Source of the DNA: Desulfobacterales bacterium
GTDB taxonomy: Bacteria > Desulfobacterota > Desulfobacteria > Desulfobacterales > UBA11574
NCBI GenBank assembly: GCA_030601485.1
Contig: JAUVTO010000001.1
Span: 1-38,945 of the forward strand
Length of the DNA stretch: 38,945 nt
Direction of reading: 5' to 3'
Below the pieces are notes generated by a model. It searched no databases, was not told the origin of the DNA, and saw nothing but the letters and a program-made list of their open reading frames with translations. Positions within the stretch are counted from its first letter, which is position 1. Each line of letters begins with the position of its first letter. This document shows positions 27,578-36,137 of the stretch, in pieces. Made by a program: the position numbers and the translations under genes.

Positions 27578-28270
27578 TCAGAGCCTGCCGGTCTTGAGAA
27601 GAGACTCCTTAAAAACACGATAGAAGGTTTTATTGTCGGCAAGACCTCGTCTCAGGATTTTTTCAATTTGATTGATGTTTTTCAGGTTAATGATGAGGTT
27701 AACGCTTTTGTTAAAGGCCGTCATATTGTCCATGGTGCGAAAACGGTTGGTTATAAGAGCCAGGAAGATGTTCCGCCGGATGGACATATTGAGACGATTC
27801 AGGTAGTTGAGAACACTGTTCATATCAGGATCCCTGGTGCCGAACCGCTCGTTAAGCACCACCATGTCAAAGACATGGAATCGCATCTGCTTTAGAGTAT
27901 CTTTATATGTCTGCGGCGCCGTGGTATGATATCCCATGTTATACAGGGCCGTTATGATTTTTGACCGGATAGCCGGGTCCGGTTCACACAAAAGGGCCGT
28001 CTCCACACCTTCTTCAACAAAATCAAAAGGTTTTTCCGAGGCGTCGTAAGCGCTGGAATCGACTTCTTCAATGATAGTTTTATTTTGTACAGGTTTTGGT
28101 TTGGCGGAAAGGGCCGGAGTCTCCTTGGTTGACAAAGGAACATCAAAACGGGTATCTACGGAAACTTTGTTGCTGCACTTGGGGCAGATTACAGAGAATG
28201 CCTGTCCCTTGGGAACCTTTTGGTCCGGAATTTGAAACTTACTCCGGCATTTTTCGCATACCACGTTCAT
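27578..28270 (-). CDS. MJ0042-type zinc-ribbon protein with C-terminal receiver-like (apparently degenerate) domain
   Basis: 230 aa. N-terminus MNVVCEKCRSKFQIP...VICPKCSNKV (CxxC...CxxC). The C-terminal half (TALLCEPDPAIRSKIITALYNMGY...FDMVVLNERFG...IFLALITN) has alternating beta/alpha spacing like CheY-type receivers, but Asn sits where the phospho-Asp is expected. The domain call is my inference. Confidence 0.55.
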   Translation of the reverse strand: MNVVCEKCRSKFQIPDQKVPKGQAFSVICPKCSNKVSVDTRFDVPLSTKETPALSAKPKPVQNKTIIEEVDSSAYDASEKPFDFVEEGVETALLCEPDPAIRSKIITALYNMGYHTTAPQTYKDTLKQMRFHVFDMVVLNERFGTRDPDMNSVLNYLNRLNMSIRRNIFLALITNRFRTMDNMTAFNKSVNLIINLKNINQIEKILRRGLADNKTFYRVFKESLLKTGRL

Positions 28271-28324
28271 GAGTCTTTCCTTCTTTGGAGTTCCATGGGC
28301 AAAATCCAGAACGTCTGGCCACGG

Positions 28325-29491
28325 TTATATCGTCTTACTGTAATCGTGATCCACCTTAAGCTCCTTAATATCCGTGGTAGCTTCTCCGCGTGAACTTTTG
28401 ATGGCGTCGATTCCGCGGCCTATTACGCCTTTGCGGGAAGCATATGCCATAGCAGTCTCCTCGGTAATCAGGCCCTTTTCGTATAACTCAATAATGGAAT
28501 CGTCAAAGGTCATCATACCGAAAGCTTTCCCGTCATGGATAACATCGTAAAAAGTTTTTTCCTCAGATTCTCCATGAAGTATCATTTCCTTGACCCGCAG
28601 GTTGGTGCCCATGATTTCAAAGGCCGCTATCCGCCCTCCTCCCACCTTGGGGAGAAGTCTTTGACATACGATCCAGCGAATCGCGTCGGCAAGCCGAGTA
28701 CGAATCTGATTTTCTTCATCAACAGGGAACATGCCGACGATACGATTCATTGTCTGTCCGGCATCAACGGTGTGAAGGGTGCTTAAAACCAGGTGCCCGG
28801 TCTCTGCCGCACTCATGCCGATTTCCATGGTTTCCCTGTCGCGCATCTCTCCAACCAGAATTACCTTGGGAGCCTGGCGCAGGGCTGCTCTGAGGCCATG
28901 TGCAAATGAATCAAAATCTTCTCCCATCTCACGCTGGTTGAAAGTAGCCATTTTGTGTGGATGGTCATACTCCACGGGATCTTCAAGAGTCACCACGTGG
29001 ACCGATCTGACGTCATTAATCTCGTTAAGCACTGCGGCCAGGGAGGTTGTTTTTCCGGTGCCGGTAGCTCCGGTAACCAGGATCAAACCGTTCTTTTCCC
29101 GAGCCATTTTGAGAAAGGACTCAGGAATGCCCAGTTCCTGACATGTGGGAATTTTGGTTGCAAGTTTTCTCAAGACAATGGAATAGTTGCCCCGCTGGGA
29201 AAAGACGTTGACTCTAAAGCGAGCCTTGCCGGGAAGCTCGTAGGATGAATCGCACGATCCCTCAAGCAGGAGATTTTCCGTGAGGCGCCGGTTCTGATTT
29301 AAAAGGTTTAACGCAAAGATTTCAGCCTGAAACGGAGTGATCTCGTCAAAAGGTGGATTCATGTCCACTACGGCGAGCTCTCCGGCTGTCTCAACCTGAA
29401 ACGGTTTCCCCACGGTAATATTAAGATCGGAGACATTATCGTATGCATCGAGCATCCTTGACAGAATATGATCAATTTCCTGTTTCTTCAA
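28325..29491 (-). CDS. pilU: PilT-family type IV pilus retraction ATPase (PilU-like paralog)
   Basis: 388 aa. Walker A GATGTGKTT, ILVGEMRD, STLHT. The C-terminal tail is longer than in PilT. Confidence 0.8.
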   Translation of the reverse strand: MKKQEIDHILSRMLDAYDNVSDLNITVGKPFQVETAGELAVVDMNPPFDEITPFQAEIFALNLLNQNRRLTENLLLEGSCDSSYELPGKARFRVNVFSQRGNYSIVLRKLATKIPTCQELGIPESFLKMAREKNGLILVTGATGTGKTTSLAAVLNEINDVRSVHVVTLEDPVEYDHPHKMATFNQREMGEDFDSFAHGLRAALRQAPKVILVGEMRDRETMEIGMSAAETGHLVLSTLHTVDAGQTMNRIVGMFPVDEENQIRTRLADAIRWIVCQRLLPKVGGGRIAAFEIMGTNLRVKEMILHGESEEKTFYDVIHDGKAFGMMTFDDSIIELYEKGLITEETAMAYASRKGVIGRGIDAIKSSRGEATTDIKELKVDHDYSKTI

Positions 29492-29511
29492 AACAGAACC
29501 TCATAAAATTG

Positions 29512-30594
29512 TTATGCTTCTGTGAAATCAGTAGGAGGATTTTTCAAAAAAGACCTGAACTTTCCCTTATCATTTGACTTGGCATAGGCGTCATCAGCAC
29601 TTATCCATCCATTGTTTAGCATATGCATAATGGCATCATCTAAAAGTTGCATACCGTATTTTTTTCCGGTCTGGATCATTGAGGCAATCTGGTGGGTTTT
29701 TCCTTCCCTGACGAGATTCCGGACCGCCGGAGTTGCAATCAATATTTCGAGGGCGGGGCTACGCCCTTTTTTATCCACTCTTTTAAACAGGACTTGTGCT
29801 ATAATGGCTCGGAGTCCGTCAGACAGTGTCGAACGGATCTGGTTCTGTTGATCCGCAGGGAAAACTTCGACGATACGATCTACGGTTTTTGCTGCACTCG
29901 ATGTGTGAAGTGTGCTAAAAACAAGATGGCCGGTGGATGCGGCTTCTATGGCAAGCGATATGGTCTCAAGGTCTCTCATTTCACCGACAAGAATAATATC
30001 CGGATCTTCTCGCAGGGCGCCCCTTAATGCTGCGCTGAACGACTTAGTATGGAGACCCACCTCACGGTGGTTAATAATACAGCTCTTGCTTTGGTGGACA
30101 AATTCAATGGGGTCTTCGATGGTGATGATATGATCCTTGCGGGTACGGTTTGCCACATCAATTATTGAGGCCAGGGTGGTCGATTTGCCGCTTCCCGTAG
30201 GTCCTGTTACCAGAACCAGCCCCCTTGGGAGTGAGGCCAGCTTGGATATCACTGAAGGGAGCCCCAGTTGTTCGGCAGTCATTATTTGCTCAGGAATTTG
30301 TCTGAAAACCGCCGCCACACCATATTTTTGCATAAAGAAATTTGACCGGTACCTGGCAATACCGACTACGTCATAGCCGAAATCAATATCTCCTGTTTCC
30401 TCAAACTCCTTTACCTTATGCTCGGGCGCAATTTCATAGAGCATGGCTTTCAGTTCATCATTGTCCAGGGACTTATATTTGACCCTTTCCATTTCGCCCC
30501 GTATCCTTAGCGCAGGCGCCTGTCCCGCCACCAGATGAAGATCTGAAGCACCCTGTTCATGCATTAATTTAAAAAACGCATCTATTTTTGCCAT
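29512..30594 (-). CDS. pilT: twitching motility ATPase PilT
   Basis: 360 aa. SDLHL, Walker A GPTGSGKSTT, ILVGEMRDLETI, STLHTSSA, and the AIRNLIRE-like ATPAVRNLVREGK. Confidence 0.9.
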   Translation of the reverse strand: MAKIDAFFKLMHEQGASDLHLVAGQAPALRIRGEMERVKYKSLDNDELKAMLYEIAPEHKVKEFEETGDIDFGYDVVGIARYRSNFFMQKYGVAAVFRQIPEQIMTAEQLGLPSVISKLASLPRGLVLVTGPTGSGKSTTLASIIDVANRTRKDHIITIEDPIEFVHQSKSCIINHREVGLHTKSFSAALRGALREDPDIILVGEMRDLETISLAIEAASTGHLVFSTLHTSSAAKTVDRIVEVFPADQQNQIRSTLSDGLRAIIAQVLFKRVDKKGRSPALEILIATPAVRNLVREGKTHQIASMIQTGKKYGMQLLDDAIMHMLNNGWISADDAYAKSNDKGKFRSFLKNPPTDFTEA

Positions 30595-30697
30595 GTTATA
30601 TTCCCAACCTATTTAGATCGCATGCAACCGTTTAATTCTTCGAAACAAATCGATTTTAAACAAGGTTAAGGGGTAACGGTTTCAAAAAACTTAGGTA

Positions 30698-31198
30698 TTA
30701 CGATTGTTTAAACAATTTCAACTTGGCATCTTCCTCCTCCCGGATTCCGGCCTCCTCCTTCCCTATTTCAAGGAGTTTGGTATGGCTTTCAATAATTGAG
30801 CGGATCTGGACCTCTATCTGCATGCGTTGCCGTTTTAGTTCTGTAATATCTTCATGAAGTTGAGCAAGCCTGCTCTGGGCTCTGCTAAGAATTTTTTCCG
30901 CATTCACTTCGGCATCCGCAATAACTAATTCGGCCGATTTGCGGGCATTTTGCTTCATCTGATCCAACACTTTCTGAGAATTGATCATTACCCGCTTAAA
31001 AGTCTCTTCACGTCCTTTGTATCCCTGGCTTTCAATTTTAAGCCTGTTAATTTCGTCACGCAAATTTTTGTTTTCTCTTTGAAACGATTCGAAGGCATCT
31101 GCCATCTGTTCAAGAAATGTATCCACTTCACGGACGTCGAAGCCTCTAAACCTGGTTTTAAACTGCTGCTGCTGAATATCAAGGGATGTAATTGTCAT
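30698..31198 (-). CDS. DivIVA domain protein
   Basis: 166 aa. The N-terminus LDIQQQQFKTRFRGFDVREVDTFLEQM is followed by coiled coil. Confidence 0.85.
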   Translation of the reverse strand: MTITSLDIQQQQFKTRFRGFDVREVDTFLEQMADAFESFQRENKNLRDEINRLKIESQGYKGREETFKRVMINSQKVLDQMKQNARKSAELVIADAEVNAEKILSRAQSRLAQLHEDITELKRQRMQIEVQIRSIIESHTKLLEIGKEEAGIREEEDAKLKLFKQS

Positions 31199-31221
31199 GA
31201 TGTATCGCCTTTCTTTATGGG

Positions 31222-31521
31222 TTACATAAAATTTGCCGACAATCTAAAAAGGCTGTTTACAACAAAGTTTTGCAGAAATATAATGCCTAAAATAACAATA
31301 ATTGGAGAAAAGTCTATACCGCCAAAATCAAAAGGTAATTTTGCACGGATGCGATACAGCACCGGTTCGGTAACATTGTGAATAAAACGAACGATCGGAT
31401 TGTAAGGGTCTGGATTCACCCAGGAAAGTATTGCCCGCGCTATAACAATCCACATGTAAAAGTGTAGAGCATAGTGAAGAACCACTGCAATAGCCTTTAA
31501 TAAATTGCCAATGATAAACAT
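31222..31521 (-). CDS. yggT: YggT family membrane protein
   Basis: 99 aa. ARAILSWVNPDPYNPIVRFIHNVTEPVL plus a second TM helix. Confidence 0.85.
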   Translation of the reverse strand: MFIIGNLLKAIAVVLHYALHFYMWIVIARAILSWVNPDPYNPIVRFIHNVTEPVLYRIRAKLPFDFGGIDFSPIIVILGIIFLQNFVVNSLFRLSANFM

Positions 31522-31767
31522 ATAAACAATGAGCTTTCGATTTTTGTGTTAATTTTTTAATCAATCGATTTTCTATTCAGAAAATTAATTATATATTGAT
31601 GATAAGTCAAGATATTTCAGGCAAAATCATTGACATAGTAAACATTCAAACGATAAAAGTACATTTTATTGATGATTTAGCCGTTCAAATCCGTCCGGTT
31701 TTTAAGCAATTTATATGCAAAAAAACCTAATTATATCATTAAACATTATTAAGGGGGAATAAAATTC

Positions 31768-32613
31768 ATGTTAAAAAACAAAAAAATTGCCATAATCGGA
31801 ACAGGAAATATGGGGGAAGCCCTTTTAAGCGGGCTCATTTCTTCGGGATCATCCGATCCCAAAAATATTATTTGCACGGATGTTCGTGAAAATAAACTAA
31901 AATCCATCCAGGAAAAATACGGTGTCCATACCACAGCAGATAACGTCAAAGCGGTAGAAGCTTCAGAGATTATTATTTATGCGGTCAAACCTCAGATCAT
32001 TGCGTCAGTATTGAAGGAGACAGCGTCCTGCCTGGACATGTCAAAGCTCATCATCTCTATTGCCGCCGGTGTTCCTCTGGTTGCGATAGAGTCGTGTCTG
32101 AATAAAGAATTGCGTCTTATTCGAGTTATGCCCAACATCGCAGCTTTTGTTAAGGAGAGTGCTTCGGTGATTGCCGCCGGAGGAAAAGCCACCCAAGAAG
32201 ACATCAAACTGTCTCTGGCTATTTTCGACTCCATGGGGAAAAGCATCTTTCTTAAAGAAAATATTCTTATGGATGCAATTACCGGCTTAAGCGGCAGCGG
32301 GCCTGCCTATATCTTTTTAATTGTCGATGCCATGGCTGATGCCGGAGTAAAAGTGGGTCTATCAAGGGAAGATGCACTTTTTCTTTCATCTCAAACGGTT
32401 TTGGGCGCAGCAAAATTGTTGATTGAAACAAAAGAACATCCCGGCAGGTTAAAGGACATGGTTACCTCTCCGGGTGGAACAGCTATCGCCGGCATTCATA
32501 CTCTGGAAAAAGGCGGACTTCGAACCACCCTTATGAATGCCGTTGAGGCAGCTACAAAACGATCCCAAGAGCTGGGTGAAATTATGATTAAAAATTTTTC
32601 AAATGAACAGTAG
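31768..32613 (+). CDS. proC: pyrroline-5-carboxylate reductase
   Basis: 281 aa. IAIIGTGNMGEAL, AVKPQ, VTSPGGTAIAG. Confidence 0.92.
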   Translation: MLKNKKIAIIGTGNMGEALLSGLISSGSSDPKNIICTDVRENKLKSIQEKYGVHTTADNVKAVEASEIIIYAVKPQIIASVLKETASCLDMSKLIISIAAGVPLVAIESCLNKELRLIRVMPNIAAFVKESASVIAAGGKATQEDIKLSLAIFDSMGKSIFLKENILMDAITGLSGSGPAYIFLIVDAMADAGVKVGLSREDALFLSSQTVLGAAKLLIETKEHPGRLKDMVTSPGGTAIAGIHTLEKGGLRTTLMNAVEAATKRSQELGEIMIKNFSNEQ

Positions 32614-32640
32614 ATTGTCATAGCATAAGGGGTTGATATA

Positions 32641-34782
32641 ATGGCAGAATATAAAATGGAATCGCTCAAGACATTCAATTATGACAGGCCGGTTATTGAA
32701 AAGGGTTATGCAAACCAGACCCTTTGTATAGACATTTCTGATGGTGTCATTTCCATTAAGCCGGTTACTGAGAAAATGAAAAACGTCTTTATCGGCGGCA
32801 AAGGTTTTGATCTCTGGCTTCTATGGAATGCTGTCAACAGCACAACAAAGTGGAATGATCCTGAAAACGCAATATGTATCGCGTCCGGTCCTATGGGCGG
32901 GACACCCGTATATCCCGGTTCCGGCAAAAGTATTGTCACCACCATTTCTCCGTTAACAGGGTCCGTGATAGACTCTAATGTGGGAGGTTATTTTGGTCCT
33001 TATCTTAAGTTTTCCGGATTTGATGCTCTGGAAGTTACGGGAAAAACCTCAAAAGATGTTGTAATTTTTATTGATGGCATTGATGAGAAGGTTCAGATCT
33101 TCAAGGCGTCGGGATTACCGGATGATTCCTATACTCTTTCTGCAATATTAACAGAACGTTTCGCCAAAGGGAAACCGCGTAATATTTCTGTAGTTTCCAC
33201 AGGGCCGGGTGCCAAAAACACACGGATGGGATGCCTGAACTTTACCTGGTATGATCTCAAACGAAAGCGTGCCAGATATAAACAGGCGGGACGCGGGGGT
33301 ATCGGCGGTGTCTTTGCTGATAAAGGTATCAAAGCCATTGTGGCACGCTGGGACACGGTCACAAGCAAGACAAACAATCCTGCAAATGCGAATACATTAA
33401 AAGAAGTTGGGAGAAAGCACTCCAGGGAAGTTGTGGAACTTGATCCCAAACAAAACCAAATGGCACAAATCGGAACCACCCACCTTGTTCCGATTATGAA
33501 TGATTTTGATCTGCTGCCGACCCATAATTTCCAATACGGGCAGCATTCAGAGGCAGACAATATTGGCCAGGAGGTTTTCAGACGCATATTTGATCCCGGC
33601 TATGACGGGTGTTGGATTGGATGTACACTTGCCTGCTCCCATGGTGTCAAAGACTTTGTTCCTCTCACGGGTCCATACAAAGGGATCAAAGTTTTTGTAG
33701 ATGGGCCCGAATATGAAACCATCGCCGGCTGTGGTTCAAATCTGGGTATTTTTGACCCGCATACGATTATTGAAATGAATTTTTACTGTGACACCTATGG
33801 CCTCGACACCATTTCAGTAGGCACCTCCACGGCCTTTGCCATGGAGTGCTTTGAGATGGGCTTGATAAACGAAACCCATACCCACGGGATGAACCTTTCA
33901 TTCGGCAATCGGTCGGCCGCACTCGAGGTTGTTCATCAAATGGCCCGAGGAGAGGGTTTTGGACAGATTATAGGCAGGGGAGTTCGTGAAATGAAAACAA
34001 TTTTTTCCAGAGACTATGGTGCCGACCCCGATCTTATGCAGGATATCGGCATGGAGGCAAAGGGCCTGGAATTTTCCGAGTATATGACCAAAGAATCACT
34101 TGCCCAGCAGGGGGGATACGGTCTTGCGCTGAAAGGCCCGCAGCATGACGAGGCATGGTTGATCTTTCTTGATATGGTGCATAATTTTATGCCGACTTTT
34201 GAGCAGAAAGCGGAGGCGCTGCACTGGTTTCCCATGTTCCGAACATGGTTTGGTTTATGCGGACTGTGCAAGCTCCCTTGGAATGATGTTGTACCCGAGG
34301 ATAATAAGGACACCCAGGAGCCCGCAAAGGTTATGAAACACGTCGAGTGGTATGCAGATTATTACACTTCAGTTACCGGGAGGCAGACAACCGCTGACGG
34401 CCTTATCCGAATGAGTGAGGCGGTTTATAATTTCCAGCGTATTTTCAACCTTAAAATGGGTTTTGGGCAACGGGAGCATGATAATATTCCCTATCGCGCG
34501 GTGGGTCCGGTAAAAACCGTTGAGTACGAATCCCGGGCCGAGCGTTACGACAAGCAGCTGGTTGAAAAGCATAACGTCGATATCACCGGAAAGACTACGG
34601 AAGAAAAAATAGCGCTGTTGCGTGAGTTTCGCGAAAAGCTTTATGAAAAACTAAAAGATGCGGTATATAAACGCCGAGGATGGACCAACAACGGAATCCC
34701 GACGGTGGAAACCGTGAAGCGGCTGGGTATCGATTTTCCCGAGGTTCTGGAATTGCTCAGGGCCCACGGTGTTGAATCATGA
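32641..34782 (+). CDS. aldehyde:ferredoxin oxidoreductase (AOR) family, tungsten/molybdopterin enzyme, long 713-aa form
   Basis: The N-terminal AOR_N pattern is present (GGKGFDLWLLW, SGPMGGTPVYPGSGK, AGRGGIGGVFADKGIKAIV), along with a Cys cluster DGCWIGCTLACSHG and the C-terminal YKRRGWTNNGIPT. The substrate cannot be assigned. Confidence 0.85.
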   Translation: MAEYKMESLKTFNYDRPVIEKGYANQTLCIDISDGVISIKPVTEKMKNVFIGGKGFDLWLLWNAVNSTTKWNDPENAICIASGPMGGTPVYPGSGKSIVTTISPLTGSVIDSNVGGYFGPYLKFSGFDALEVTGKTSKDVVIFIDGIDEKVQIFKASGLPDDSYTLSAILTERFAKGKPRNISVVSTGPGAKNTRMGCLNFTWYDLKRKRARYKQAGRGGIGGVFADKGIKAIVARWDTVTSKTNNPANANTLKEVGRKHSREVVELDPKQNQMAQIGTTHLVPIMNDFDLLPTHNFQYGQHSEADNIGQEVFRRIFDPGYDGCWIGCTLACSHGVKDFVPLTGPYKGIKVFVDGPEYETIAGCGSNLGIFDPHTIIEMNFYCDTYGLDTISVGTSTAFAMECFEMGLINETHTHGMNLSFGNRSAALEVVHQMARGEGFGQIIGRGVREMKTIFSRDYGADPDLMQDIGMEAKGLEFSEYMTKESLAQQGGYGLALKGPQHDEAWLIFLDMVHNFMPTFEQKAEALHWFPMFRTWFGLCGLCKLPWNDVVPEDNKDTQEPAKVMKHVEWYADYYTSVTGRQTTADGLIRMSEAVYNFQRIFNLKMGFGQREHDNIPYRAVGPVKTVEYESRAERYDKQLVEKHNVDITGKTTEEKIALLREFREKLYEKLKDAVYKRRGWTNNGIPTVETVKRLGIDFPEVLELLRAHGVES

Positions 34783-34976
34783 TCAAGGTAAATGGGAAAA
34801 AACATTCCTGGTACGAAGGAATGACAATTAAAGATCTTCTCAAGGATGTTAACAATTCCCATCTTTATGCGGTGGTACGTATCAATGAGAAACACATCTC
34901 CAGACCTTATTTTGAAAAAACCCTGGTTCCTGATAACTCAGAAGTGTTTTTGATACCCATGATTGCAGGAGGGTAA
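34779..34976 (+). CDS. ThiS/MoaD-family small sulfur-carrier-like protein
   Basis: 65 aa, ending ...FLIPMIAGG with a C-terminal Gly-Gly. Its start overlaps the AOR stop in ATGA. Confidence 0.65.
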   Translation: MIKVNGKKHSWYEGMTIKDLLKDVNNSHLYAVVRINEKHISRPYFEKTLVPDNSEVFLIPMIAGG

Positions 34977-34988
34977 CCAAGGAAAAAC

Positions 34989-35687
34989 ATGTTTACTGAG
35001 GCAGTATCATTTCCTGCAGCCTTTCTTGCGGGATTTCTCTCTTTCTTATCACCGTGTGTGCTACCGCTCATACCCGCATACTTTACTTTTATTACGGGTT
35101 TTTCCCTGGAAGAATTGACCGAAAACCGTAATTCGGAAATAAGAAAAAAAGTCTTTCTTTCAACCGTTTCATTTGTTTCCGGGTTCTCCCTGATCTTTAT
35201 CCTGATGGGTGCTTCGGCCTCTTATCTTGGAAGCTTAATGTTCAACTATCGAGGATTAATAAGGATTATCGGCGGTATTTTGATTATCCTTATGGGTGTC
35301 CATTTAACCGGTATCATCCGTATCCCCGGTCTGGATGTTGAAAAACGGATTCATATGGAAAAAAAGCCCTTGCATTTTTTAGGAATCGTTATTATCGGTA
35401 TGGCGTTTGGAGCCGGATGGAGTCCTTGTATCGGGCCTCTGCTGGGATCGATTCTTATCATTGCCGGCAGTCAGGAAACGGTCTGGCAAGGGATTGTGCT
35501 TCTTGCCATCTATTCCTCCGGGCTGGCACTACCTTTTATTATCATGTCCGTTTTTATCCATCTCCTGCTGATCGTTATTAAAAAGGCTTCCCGTGTCTTA
35601 CAATACGTCAACGCGGCTGCGGGTATTCTGCTGATTATTGTGGGGCTGATTCTTGTGACGAATAAGCTGTATGTGTTAATCGGCTGA
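34989..35687 (+). CDS. ccdA: CcdA/DsbD-family thiol:disulfide electron-transfer membrane protein
   Basis: 232 aa, multi-TM. Both conserved Cys motifs are present: FLSPCVLPLIP and GWSPCIGPLLG. Confidence 0.85.
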   Translation: MFTEAVSFPAAFLAGFLSFLSPCVLPLIPAYFTFITGFSLEELTENRNSEIRKKVFLSTVSFVSGFSLIFILMGASASYLGSLMFNYRGLIRIIGGILIILMGVHLTGIIRIPGLDVEKRIHMEKKPLHFLGIVIIGMAFGAGWSPCIGPLLGSILIIAGSQETVWQGIVLLAIYSSGLALPFIIMSVFIHLLLIVIKKASRVLQYVNAAAGILLIIVGLILVTNKLYVLIG

Positions 35688-35710
35688 AGCGAATTGTCAT
35701 GAAGAACTTT

Positions 35711-35850
35711 AGACCTTTGAAAAACGCCCCCTTTTGCCCAATTCCGGCGTCAGGCTCAAATTTTAATCCTCAAAATACTCAATGTATTCCTGTGGTTAAA
35801 ATTTTCGCCTTCCTTGGCCTTGAACAAAATTGAACATTTTTGAAAGGTCT
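35711..35850. repeat. 140-nt rod-like palindromic repeat, copy B
   Basis: Aligns base-for-base with 3095..3235 apart from a few substitutions. It sits between the convergent ccdA and the 85-aa ORF/nrdJ unit. Confidence 0.85.
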
Positions 35851-35858
35851 AAAATTAT

Positions 35859-36116
35859 CTATTTTGAAAACCGGCGGGAATATCTTCTGATCAGGCGGAT
35901 TGTTGTGGAAATAATAACACCTCCGCTCATTACCACAAGAAGAACAGGCACCCAAACATGCTCATGATACGCTATGTTTTCGCGTGCAGCCGAAATACCT
36001 GCAAAACCAAATAAGACCACAGTGAACATGAAAAAAATTGCAATATAACATGCCGCTTCAGAGTCATACCAGGGAACGATTACCTTTCTAAATAGCGGAT
36101 TTTGATCGATACGCAT
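35859..36116 (-). CDS. small membrane protein, 85 aa, 21 nt downstream of nrdJ
   Basis: Two clear hydrophobic helices (ACYIAIFFMFTVVLFGFAGISAA and VWVPVLLVVMSGGVIISTTI) and a basic tail RLIRRYSRRFSK. There is no obvious SD, so the call is tentative. Confidence 0.5.
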   Translation of the reverse strand: MRIDQNPLFRKVIVPWYDSEAACYIAIFFMFTVVLFGFAGISAARENIAYHEHVWVPVLLVVMSGGVIISTTIRLIRRYSRRFSK

Positions 36117-36137
36117 GATTGTACGAGTCAGGTATTA

